Assembly (NCBI GenBank): GCA_964641125.1
Contig: CAZXMO010000007.1
Coordinates: forward strand, 3,902 to 61,231
Length of the DNA stretch: 57,330 bases
Direction of reading: 5' to 3'
Source: an uncultured Spirochaetales bacterium
GTDB taxonomy: Bacteria > Spirochaetota > Spirochaetia > SPDA01 > CAZSGZ01
Positions 10,018-18,239 of the stretch are shown one piece after another. The translations under genes were made by a program, and so were the position numbers. How positions within the stretch are numbered: position 1 is the first letter of the stretch; every line of letters starts with the position of its first letter. The notes beneath the pieces are model-generated. The model worked only from the letters and a program-made list of their open reading frames with translations, was not told the DNA's origin and made no database searches.

Positions 10018-11880
10018 TCAGTTGAGATAAGTTTCTTCCACGTACCGGAGGACGAGGTTCTCCTCCGAGGTGACCCGGCTGTCCGATTCCGCCGCCTTCT
10101 TGAGAAGATCGTAGATCTTCCGCCGCTTCTGCATATCCTCGGGCATACGGATGCTCAGGCGGCCCGCCCGGGCCATGTCGAAGAGGGGCTCCAGCTTGTC
10201 GGGGGAATATCCCCACCGGCGGGCAACCTGTTCGGAAAACCTGCGTTCCTCCTCGGAGAACTCGCCGTCGACGCTTACGAGGATCATGATATTATTCAGG
10301 GCATAATCCTTGATCTCGTAGAGACCGTCCAGTTCCGCCGGACTGATCTTTCCCTTGAGCTCCCGATTCGAAGCCTTCAGATATTTGTCGAACTCGGCTA
10401 GGCTCAGCACATCGGTGACGATCCATTCGCCGGCGGTGCTGTTCAAAGGGGTCCCGCAGTAGGCGCAGGCCACATCGAGACTGTCCTGGACGGAGGCCCC
10501 GCAGGCGGGGCAGGTGTGGGTATACAGCGAGCCCTTATTGTGTTTCGAGGCGGCGTCCCGGGACATCTGCAGGACCTCGGTATGGGTCTTGATGACGGGA
10601 TCGATAATCTCCGCCCGGTCGTTGTCGGTAAGCTTGACTCTCTGGTAGGAGAAGGTAATCGAGAAGCTCAAGACGTTCTTATCCCGTTCCCGTTTCGCGG
10701 CGACTAGAGTAACGTCGTTCAAATAGATCCGGTTGTAGACAATACGCTCTTCGGGAATCCGGGCTTTGAGCTTTTCGAAGGCCCGCTCACTTACGAAGCG
10801 GCGCATGATCGAAGTGTCTTTCATGACCTCGGAGGTGCGAATCTGGAGAACCGCATTGCTTGCCTTGTCCTCCACGAGCTGGACCGAAAAGTCTTCGTAT
10901 TCTTCGATAAGGTACCGGACCTTGGCGGACAAGTTTTCCGATTTGGTAAGGGCCCGGCTCCGGGCGTAATCGTCGACCTGAGTTATCTCTGAGAGCACCC
11001 AGTCGAATTCGCCGCTGTTCACCATGGCGCCGCAGTAGCCGCATTTACCGATCTCCCCCATATCCTTGGGCAGAGGGGCCGAGCAGTTCGGGCAGGCATT
11101 GGAAGAGTAAATGTCCTTTCCCTCGACGCCCCTTTTCCGGATAAAGGACCAATACTCCTGAAAGCTCTCGTATCCCCCGGGACTGTCGAGCCGGGGATTG
11201 GTCTTGCAGATGAACTGATCCTTCATGGATGCGTTTATGAGAACGTGGATGATGTCGAAATCCCCGTCGGTTTCGAACCGGTCTATCGAGGCAGTATGGA
11301 CGGTTATGTCGGACAGGGGATTTTCCTGCTTCAGAAGCGACATCATGACGAACTGGGTATGAAAACGCCGGTACACTCCGTCGGAGACAAAGCGCCTCAC
11401 CCCGGAGAGGTCCTGTTCCGACCAGGCTTTCTGTATTTCGATAAAGGCGGTACGGGCCTTGGCGAGGAATTCCTGGGGCGAGAAATCGGGGTTTCGTTCG
11501 ATAAACGAGCGGTAGCCGGGTGTTCTGTTTACGGGTCGGGTTCCCGCTCGGGGATTCATGTTTTTTACGGCCCGGTGCCGTTTGGAGCGCTTTCCTAAGA
11601 AGGCGAAGAGGGCGATGATAACTCCGATTATAATGACCGTGGGTATGACCCCGAGATTGATGATCATGGTTTGGAGAATCATGTAGATTATATAAAAGAC
11701 GGCGCCGTCATCGCCGCCTCCTCTCGAGCCGCCGCTGTATCCTCCCCCGCCGAACCCTCCTCCGGTACTTCCTCCTCCGGCGCCTCCCGCGCGGGAGAAG
11801 GCGAGGGGAGCGGCGGCGAGGAGTATGAGGAGTATAATGAGGATACACCCGAGGATCTTCCAAAGCCCGGTTTTTTTCAC
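10018..11880 (-). CDS. Membrane protein with two Tim44-like domain repeats, each followed by a C4 zinc ribbon, and a C-terminal TerB-like domain
   Basis: N-terminal signal/TM, a Gly-rich stretch (GGGFGGGGYSGGSRGGG) and a second TM. Repeat 1 ends in CPNC...CGYCG and repeat 2 in CPAC...CAYCG. The C-terminus (SVDGEFSEEERRF...) is TerB/DjlA-N-like. Confidence 0.7.
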   Translation of the reverse strand: MKKTGLWKILGCILIILLILLAAAPLAFSRAGGAGGGSTGGGFGGGGYSGGSRGGGDDGAVFYIIYMILQTMIINLGVIPTVIIIGVIIALFAFLGKRSKRHRAVKNMNPRAGTRPVNRTPGYRSFIERNPDFSPQEFLAKARTAFIEIQKAWSEQDLSGVRRFVSDGVYRRFHTQFVMMSLLKQENPLSDITVHTASIDRFETDGDFDIIHVLINASMKDQFICKTNPRLDSPGGYESFQEYWSFIRKRGVEGKDIYSSNACPNCSAPLPKDMGEIGKCGYCGAMVNSGEFDWVLSEITQVDDYARSRALTKSENLSAKVRYLIEEYEDFSVQLVEDKASNAVLQIRTSEVMKDTSIMRRFVSERAFEKLKARIPEERIVYNRIYLNDVTLVAAKRERDKNVLSFSITFSYQRVKLTDNDRAEIIDPVIKTHTEVLQMSRDAASKHNKGSLYTHTCPACGASVQDSLDVACAYCGTPLNSTAGEWIVTDVLSLAEFDKYLKASNRELKGKISPAELDGLYEIKDYALNNIMILVSVDGEFSEEERRFSEQVARRWGYSPDKLEPLFDMARAGRLSIRMPEDMQKRRKIYDLLKKAAESDSRVTSEENLVLRYVEETYLN

Positions 11881-11882
11881 GA

Positions 11883-12902
11883 TTACATCCTGCTCAATAT
11901 CTCTTTTTTCTTGGTTTCGAAATCGTCCGGTGAGATAAGTCCGGCGTCGAGCATCTCTTTGAGCTGGGAGAGCTTCTTTATCGGATCGTCCTCCGGATCG
12001 TCCTCCGGAGACGGCCCGGCGGGATTACTCGTCATTCCCGAAGCCATCATATTCCCGAAGCTCATTCCCGCACCCAAACCCATGCCCATTCCGGCTCCGC
12101 CGCCCTCGTTTCGGGCCGCCTCGCGCATGGCTTCGAGCTGCTGCATCTGGGCGTAGTTGAGTCCCGCGGCGGCGGCCGCCTGGGCCTCGGCGCTCATGTC
12201 GGCTATCCTGTTGATGCGCCGCATGGTATCATCGTCGAAGCTGGTCCCTTCGATCCGGAAATCGGTTATCTCGAAACCGAGGTCCGCGAACAGGGGAACG
12301 AGCTTTTTCTCGAGCCCCTCGGCAAGCTCCTCCCGGTTGCTGTCGATTTCGGCGTAGCTGAATCCCGATTCGGCCATGTAATCGGCTAGGGGTTGAATAA
12401 TCCGGCCGGCCATGATCTGCTTGAAATCGCTGATCCGGAAGATGTTCCCTCCCCCGACGACATTGACGAAGAAACTTCCCGGATTGGTGATCCGGAAGCT
12501 GTAATTCCCGAAGGCCCTAAGCCCCACCGGAAATTTGTACTTCGGATCATCGTATTTGACCGCCGTGGTGGTCCCCCACTTCTGATCGAGTATCCGGGTG
12601 GTGCGGAAGAAATAGATACCGACTTTGTGCTCGCTCTCGAAGGCCTGCATGAAGTTCGAAACGGTGGTCCAGAAGGGGACGTTTTCAGTTTTAAGATCCC
12701 GTATTCCCTCTTCGAGGACGAGGGACTCCACCCTGCCTTCGTAGACGAAGATACACCCCTGCCCGGGACCCACGATGAGTTTAGAGGCGTTCTTTATTTC
12801 GTCTCCCCGGTCGGTCCATTTTTCGAACAACGCGTCCGGGTCCCCATCGGTCCATTCGATAACCGATCGGAGCTGATCCTTTACTCTGTTCCACAACCCC
12901 AT
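11883..12902 (-). CDS. SPFH/Band-7-family (Band_7_1 type) protein with C-terminal SHOCT domain
   Basis: Start MGLWNRVKDQLRSVIEWTD with a GGGAGG RBS just upstream. The C-terminus IKKLSQLKEMLDAGLISPDDFETKKKEIL is a SHOCT motif. The 3-nt gap to the downstream gene implies an operon. The track ORF start at 12992 is an N-terminal over-extension. Confidence 0.75.
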   Translation of the reverse strand: MGLWNRVKDQLRSVIEWTDGDPDALFEKWTDRGDEIKNASKLIVGPGQGCIFVYEGRVESLVLEEGIRDLKTENVPFWTTVSNFMQAFESEHKVGIYFFRTTRILDQKWGTTTAVKYDDPKYKFPVGLRAFGNYSFRITNPGSFFVNVVGGGNIFRISDFKQIMAGRIIQPLADYMAESGFSYAEIDSNREELAEGLEKKLVPLFADLGFEITDFRIEGTSFDDDTMRRINRIADMSAEAQAAAAAGLNYAQMQQLEAMREAARNEGGGAGMGMGLGAGMSFGNMMASGMTSNPAGPSPEDDPEDDPIKKLSQLKEMLDAGLISPDDFETKKKEILSRM

Positions 12903-12992
12903 TCCCGTACCTCCCGAATCACAATGTGCGGTCCAGTGTAGTGAAAATGCCGATGCATGTACAGTCGAGGCCGGGTGCACACGGGGCTGCAC

Positions 12993-13024
12993 AAAAAAGG
13001 GCGCCGCGTGTTCCTGCGGCGCCC
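12993..13024 (-). terminator. Rho-independent terminator (GGGCGCCGC loop GCGGCGCCC, then T6 on the minus strand) after the secreted-protein gene
   Basis: A perfect 9-bp GC stem (12999-13007 / 13016-13024) is flanked by an A6 run on the plus strand, which is T6 on the minus strand. Confidence 0.75.
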
Positions 13025-13057
13025 GAAAGTTTCATCTAAAATGATTCGTCCTCGTCG

Positions 13058-13954
13058 TTATTCCGGAGTGATCTCGAGGTCCGTCGACGGTGTCTTGGTG
13101 TCGACGTAGAACCTCACCTCCACGGGATCGGAGGTGTTCCCGAGATAATCGGTTGCTTTCGCTGTAACGGTATGCCAACCGGAACCCTGCACCGCGAAGG
13201 GCTCGGAATAGACGAACTCGCCGCTTCCGTCGATACTCACGGTTATCTCCCTGACTCCGGCGCTATTATCGAAGGCATCGACGCTATAGCTGTTCGTCGG
13301 CCGGGTAAAATTGTCTCCCTGCAGCACGACGAAGTCTTCTTCCGGGATGATTTCCACCTCCGGGGGAGTATCGTCTATGTAGGCGGTCCCGGAGTAGGTC
13401 TTGGTCCGGTTTCCCACATTGTCCTCAGCGTAGGCTTCGGCGGTGTGCCTGCCCTCGCCGGGAACCGTGGACGGACCGGTGTACTCGGAAAAACCCGAGC
13501 CGTCGATACTAACGTAGACGGCCGAAACCCCGGATAGCTCGTCTTCCGCCCACAGGGCGAGGACGGTGTCGCTGGTCATGTAGACCACACCGTCTTCCAC
13601 GAAGGCCGGCCCGCTCGCCGATCCGGAAAAATAGGGGGGAGTCGCATCGACGATGCAGGAATAGATTTTCTCTTTGGCGATGTTTCCGAGCTTATCGAAG
13701 GCCCGATAGACGATGACGTATCTTCCTTCGTCGGAGAGTGTTATGGGCCCGTTGTACCGCTTCATATCCCCCTTGTTGACGGCGTATTCGATATAATCCA
13801 GGCTCGATTCCAGGTCCTCGGCGAACAGCTCGATCTTGGCGGTATCGGGGACGTAGTCGATCTCCCCGTCGTTATAGACCCGCTTCTGCTGTGCGCCGAG
13901 AAAACCGGCCGCAAGCACAAGGATAAGACATACGCTAATTCCAACTCTTTTCAT
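13058..13954 (-). CDS. Secreted protein with signal peptide and repeated Ig-like modules marked by D-x-TPP motifs
   Basis: Signal MKRVGISVCLILVLAAGFLGAQQ. Repeated DATPPYF / DDTPPEVE / DTKTPSTD motifs and a beta-rich composition. Confidence 0.65.
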   Translation of the reverse strand: MKRVGISVCLILVLAAGFLGAQQKRVYNDGEIDYVPDTAKIELFAEDLESSLDYIEYAVNKGDMKRYNGPITLSDEGRYVIVYRAFDKLGNIAKEKIYSCIVDATPPYFSGSASGPAFVEDGVVYMTSDTVLALWAEDELSGVSAVYVSIDGSGFSEYTGPSTVPGEGRHTAEAYAEDNVGNRTKTYSGTAYIDDTPPEVEIIPEEDFVVLQGDNFTRPTNSYSVDAFDNSAGVREITVSIDGSGEFVYSEPFAVQGSGWHTVTAKATDYLGNTSDPVEVRFYVDTKTPSTDLEITPE

Positions 13955-14041
13955 ATTTTCCCCCTACAGAATGACTCATTTGAAATTTCAGTATACAATG
14001 ATTATAAACGATCGGAGTGGAAAGTCAAATCGAAAAAACGG

Positions 14042-14842
14042 ATGAAAAAACGGAGCAGTGTTGAGATTGTCATGAAAAATCGAATCGATTTTGGAGGACG
14101 CATAGTACTCGTCACCGGGGCGAGCGGGGGTATCGGTTCCGGGATCGCCAGGCGTTTCGCTCAATCGGGCGCCTTTGTCGCGGCCCATTACCGGGGCGGA
14201 CGGGAATCGGCGGAGAGCGTAGTGGCCGAAATCACCGGAAGCGGAGGCGCCGCGGCAGCCATCGGAGCCGATTTGAACGATCCCGCCGCGGTTACGGACC
14301 TTTTTGCCCGAATTCAGGACGACTACGGGCGTCTCGACGTCCTCGTCAACAACGCGGGAACCTACCCCGTGGCTCCTTTGACCGAGATCGACGCCGACCA
14401 ATGGCGCCGGGTGATCGATGCCAACCTGAGCTCCCTCCATTACTGCACCCGCGAAGCGATCGAGCTGATGAAGATCGAATCCAGGGGAGGGACGATCGTC
14501 AATATCGCTTCGATCGAGGCGCATAACCCCGCCCCGGGGCACGCCCACTACTGTGCGGCCAAGGGCGGGGTAGTCCAGTACACCCGGAGCGCCGCCCTCG
14601 AGCTTGCCCGGTTCGGAATCCGGGTCAATTCGATATCCCCGGGACTCATCTGGAAAGAAGGACTCGACGAGGACTGGCCCGACGGAGTGGAGCGCTACCT
14701 GAAGGCCGTCCCCATCAAGCGCTTGGGAACCCCCGAAGATATCGCCGAAGCCTGCCTGTTTCTCGCGTCCTCCGGGGCGGGATGGATCACCGGCGCCGAC
14801 CTCGTGGTAGACGGGGGGCTCAGCGCCGGACCGGGGTATTAG
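14042..14842 (+). CDS. Short-chain dehydrogenase/reductase (FabG-like SDR)
   Basis: TGASGGIGSGIA Rossmann motif, NNAG, and the catalytic S...YxxxK (HYCAAK) motif. An alternative start at 14072 (MKNRIDF) is possible. Confidence 0.85.
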   Translation: MKKRSSVEIVMKNRIDFGGRIVLVTGASGGIGSGIARRFAQSGAFVAAHYRGGRESAESVVAEITGSGGAAAAIGADLNDPAAVTDLFARIQDDYGRLDVLVNNAGTYPVAPLTEIDADQWRRVIDANLSSLHYCTREAIELMKIESRGGTIVNIASIEAHNPAPGHAHYCAAKGGVVQYTRSAALELARFGIRVNSISPGLIWKEGLDEDWPDGVERYLKAVPIKRLGTPEDIAEACLFLASSGAGWITGADLVVDGGLSAGPGY

Positions 14843-14873
14843 TACTACAGTACCGAAGCTTGCTAGACCCCTT

Positions 14874-15377
14874 TTACACCCGGGTGAGCCGCACGATATC
14901 ATCGGCGGCTTGAGGAAACTTGCGTACCAGATCGGCCCGGGAGCCTCCTTCGTAATCGGAGAACTCGAATCCCGGGGCCACGGTGGTTCCCATCAAGGCA
15001 TACTCCCCTCCGGGGCGGAGGTGCGCACCGAACCATACCCCCGCGGGAACGACGTACTGGACCCGCTCTTCCGCGGTAAGATCGTTCCCGAGGATAATCT
15101 CCTTCGTCGAGCCGCTCGGGTCAAGGAGGACGAGGCGGACCGGATCTCCCAAATAAAAATGCCATATCTCGTCGGAGGGAAGACGGTGGATCGCCGAGAA
15201 GCAGTCGGGATCGGAATCGAGGAAGTAATAGATGGCCGTGGATACCGCCCTGCCGTCGGCATATTCGGCCTCGGAGCGGTAGGTCTGCCGGTACCGGCCT
15301 CCCTCGTCGGGGAGGGGTGAGAGGCCGAGAAGACCGATTATCTCGTCCCGGGAAGGCTTGTCTATGGGATTATTCAT
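14874..15377 (-). CDS. Cupin-fold protein (DUF985/cupin_5-like)
   Basis: 167 aa with a conserved cupin beta-barrel pattern. It overlaps the upstream NTPase gene by 4 nt (ATGA). Confidence 0.6.
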   Translation of the reverse strand: MNNPIDKPSRDEIIGLLGLSPLPDEGGRYRQTYRSEAEYADGRAVSTAIYYFLDSDPDCFSAIHRLPSDEIWHFYLGDPVRLVLLDPSGSTKEIILGNDLTAEERVQYVVPAGVWFGAHLRPGGEYALMGTTVAPGFEFSDYEGGSRADLVRKFPQAADDIVRLTRV

Positions 15378-15868
15378 GGGATTACTCCTTCTTTGCCGGG
15401 GGATGTAATAGATATTTCGAAATCGCCGAGACCGAAGGCGGATACCACCTCATCGACGAGATTTTCCCGGACGACCAGCACCAGATTTCCCGTGTACCCC
15501 CGGACACACTCCGCGAGAATCGGAGCGAAACCGCCCCCCTCGAGCTCCAAAGGGCCTATCTCGTCGATGATCAGGACCGGCGTGTCGAAAGAGGCGAGGA
15601 TCCTCTCCCGGGCGAAGTCGAAGCCGTATTCGGAAAAGAAGAACCGTCTGAACTTGAAGGAAGGGTGGAGGGGAAGCTCCGAGGCGAGGAGCATCGCTTC
15701 GCCGCTTTGTACGTCGTAGGCGTAGTAGCCCCGCTTCTTCCCATGGCGAAAGACCGGGATTGAGAGGATACCCGCCGCATCGGGGCGATCTAGCAATCTT
15801 CGGTACAGTAGTGACGTCTTCCCCGAATCGACCGGCCCTGATACGAGGGTCACCTTCATCATCCTCAT
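15374..15868 (-). CDS. P-loop NTPase (THEP1/DUF2478-like nucleoside-triphosphatase)
   Basis: Walker A GPVDSGKTS and Walker B LIIDEIGPLE. Small, 164 aa. Confidence 0.7.
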   Translation of the reverse strand: MRMMKVTLVSGPVDSGKTSLLYRRLLDRPDAAGILSIPVFRHGKKRGYYAYDVQSGEAMLLASELPLHPSFKFRRFFFSEYGFDFARERILASFDTPVLIIDEIGPLELEGGGFAPILAECVRGYTGNLVLVVRENLVDEVVSAFGLGDFEISITSPGKEGVIP

Positions 15869-15951
15869 AGAGGGAAGATTATCTCAGGAATGTCCTGCCG
15901 AGGCAACCGGACAACTTTCCATTCTCGTCCTTCTTCTATAGAATACCACCC

Positions 15952-16923
15952 ATGGACATGAGTAAGGCCCGGAAGGGCATAGAGTCGATTCTCGATAATA
16001 TTCAGACGGTTATCTATATCCAGCGGGAGAAACTGGAATACATCCTTGCCTCCAAGATAGCGGGGGGCCACGTGATCCTCGCCGATTTTCACGGGGTAGG
16101 AAAGACATCTCTGGCCCGGGCCCTGGCAGGCTCCATCAGCTGGGACACCACCGAGACCAACGAGCAGAATGTCAGCATCGATCCCTTCAGCCGGATCCAA
16201 TGCACCGTGGACCTTCTGCCTCAGGACATCATCGGGTACAGCAGATTCATCCCCTCCCGGGACCGGATGGTCTTCATGGAGGGACCTCTGTTTGCCCATT
16301 TCGTGCTGTGCGACGAGATCAATCTGTTGACACCCAAGACCCAGGGAAGTTTCTTCCAGGCGATGCAGGAGCAGAATGTTACCGTGGAAGGTAAGACCTA
16401 CGAGCTTCCCGATCCCTTCTTCATTATCGCTACCATGAATCTCGAAGGGGTCCACCTCTTTCCCCTTCCGGCCCCGCAGCTCGACCGGTTTACCATACAG
16501 ATCTCCCTAGGCATCCCCGAGGCGGAGGTGGAAGCGGAGATCATCCAAAAACACGGCCGGGAAGACGCGTGGCGGGGATTCGGACCGGTCATCTCGTACC
16601 GGGAGCTTTTGGAATGGCAGGGACTCGTCGACGATGTCGAAATCCATCCCGATGTGATCAGCTATATCGTCGAAATCATGAGGCGTACCCGGAATAACCC
16701 CGAGGTGAGCATCGGGGCGAGCCCCCGGGCGGGGATCAAGGTATCCCGTCTGGCCCGGGCCCTGGCGCTGATCCGGGGGGAGGCGTACGTCTCCATAGAT
16801 CTGATCAAGGAAATTCTGGTCCCCGCCGTCGCCCACCGGCTCGTGCTGCAGGATTCGACCCGTGATGTGGCCGGTTTCGTATCCGGCCTCGTCGAATCGG
16901 TTCCCGTGGATATCCGACGATAA
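15952..16923 (+). CDS. moxR: MoxR-family AAA+ ATPase
   Basis: Walker A GVGKTSLAR, Walker B VLCDEIN, and the conserved MoxR C-terminal region. Confidence 0.85.
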   Translation: MDMSKARKGIESILDNIQTVIYIQREKLEYILASKIAGGHVILADFHGVGKTSLARALAGSISWDTTETNEQNVSIDPFSRIQCTVDLLPQDIIGYSRFIPSRDRMVFMEGPLFAHFVLCDEINLLTPKTQGSFFQAMQEQNVTVEGKTYELPDPFFIIATMNLEGVHLFPLPAPQLDRFTIQISLGIPEAEVEAEIIQKHGREDAWRGFGPVISYRELLEWQGLVDDVEIHPDVISYIVEIMRRTRNNPEVSIGASPRAGIKVSRLARALALIRGEAYVSIDLIKEILVPAVAHRLVLQDSTRDVAGFVSGLVESVPVDIRR

Positions 16924-17018
16924 CGAGGAGTAACTCCCTGAGCAGGTTTCGTTCATTTCTTAGGCACTATCCCCTGACGGCGGCGGGCACCGTTCTCCTC
17001 GCCGCGGCCGTATTTCTC

Positions 17019-18239
17019 TTGGGGACCGGCTATGCCCGGAAGAACCCCTATCTCATCTTTCTTTCCGCCGCCGCTTTTTTCCTGTTGGTCGTGTGCATCG
17101 TCCTCGGATTGATCCAGGCGGGAAAACTGAGGCGCGCCGATACCGTGTGGGATTCCCGTGAATCTCTGTACGCGGGGAGGGCGGGAACCGCCGAACGTTT
17201 CGAGGTGAGAGGATTTAGGAGCTGGTTCTTCTTCCGGATCCACGCGGTCCTGACGGGCAGGCTCGAAACGGGTAAGGGCGCCTTTTTTCGCGTTTTCAGG
17301 CACGGAAGCTTTACCGGAGATGAGCCGACGGAGGTCCCGCTTCACTTTCCCCTCTCGGGGACCTATCACGGCGAGGCGTGTTTTTCGGTCCGGGATGTTT
17401 TCGGTCTTACCAGGTCCTACGCGTTCAGTCTCTACAGGGAGCTTCCCGTGCAGCCGTCCCTCCTCGAAGAGGACGCCCTGGTGCGTATCGACAGCTCCGG
17501 AGGCGAGGACGATAAGCAGAAGAAAAAGAGCTCCGACGAAGACAAGTACTACATGAGGGAGTACATTCCCGGAGACCGGATCAGGGACATCAACTGGAAG
17601 GCTACCAGCAGGGTGGGGGAGCTCTTTACCCGGATCTCTCCGGTCACCGAGGAGGAAACCAAGTACATCTTTATCGAGCTGCGTCACTATAAGGAGGGCC
17701 CGGACACTCTTCGCTCTCAGGCGCATCTGGAGGCGCTCAAGCGCTGGCTGTTGAGCTTCCTCTGGCAGCTCAAGCAGACCATGCCGGAGTACCGGTGCGA
17801 GATAAAGAGCTCCCGGGGCAAGTTCGCGGTGGAGACCGAAAACGATATACGTCACTTGAGCCTCCTCTTGAGCGGGATTAATTTCGAGGCCGATCCCGGC
17901 GATCCCCCGGCCCCCGAACGGGGGGGAGATATCTATATCTTTACCACCGCCTTGGACAGGAGGATCACTACCGCGGTGTCGGCCTACACCGGGCGGACGG
18001 TTACCGTGATGCAGACGGTGGACCCCCCCGTGATAAGGGGGGGCTCCAAGAACGGCGCCGCCTCCGGACGGGTCCTGGAAATCCCCATGCTCGGGCGGGA
18101 CGGAATGCTCCACTATCCCGGCGGATGGATCGCCCGGAGCGGTCTTCGGGGGACGGGTCCCGGCGGCAGGAGTGTCCCCGCGGCGATCCAGGGTGTGGTC
18201 CGTCGGGAGACCAAGCCGGTGAAGGGGAGGCTCCTGTGA
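17019..18239 (+). CDS. DUF58 domain protein (MoxR partner; vWA-like fold)
   Basis: Diagnostic DUF58 motif YIPGDRIRDINWKATSRVGELFTR with an N-terminal two-TM region. The frame stays open upstream to about 16930, so the true start is probably a non-ATG codon earlier. 17019 is a TTG. Confidence 0.75.
   Translation: MGTGYARKNPYLIFLSAAAFFLLVVCIVLGLIQAGKLRRADTVWDSRESLYAGRAGTAERFEVRGFRSWFFFRIHAVLTGRLETGKGAFFRVFRHGSFTGDEPTEVPLHFPLSGTYHGEACFSVRDVFGLTRSYAFSLYRELPVQPSLLEEDALVRIDSSGGEDDKQKKKSSDEDKYYMREYIPGDRIRDINWKATSRVGELFTRISPVTEEETKYIFIELRHYKEGPDTLRSQAHLEALKRWLLSFLWQLKQTMPEYRCEIKSSRGKFAVETENDIRHLSLLLSGINFEADPGDPPAPERGGDIYIFTTALDRRITTAVSAYTGRTVTVMQTVDPPVIRGGSKNGAASGRVLEIPMLGRDGMLHYPGGWIARSGLRGTGPGGRSVPAAIQGVVRRETKPVKGRLL

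Noticed and set aside
16953-18113. 386-aa minus-strand ORF antisense to the DUF58 gene
   Set aside because: It is antisense to a gene with the diagnostic DUF58 motif, and its composition is Gly/Pro/Arg-rich.
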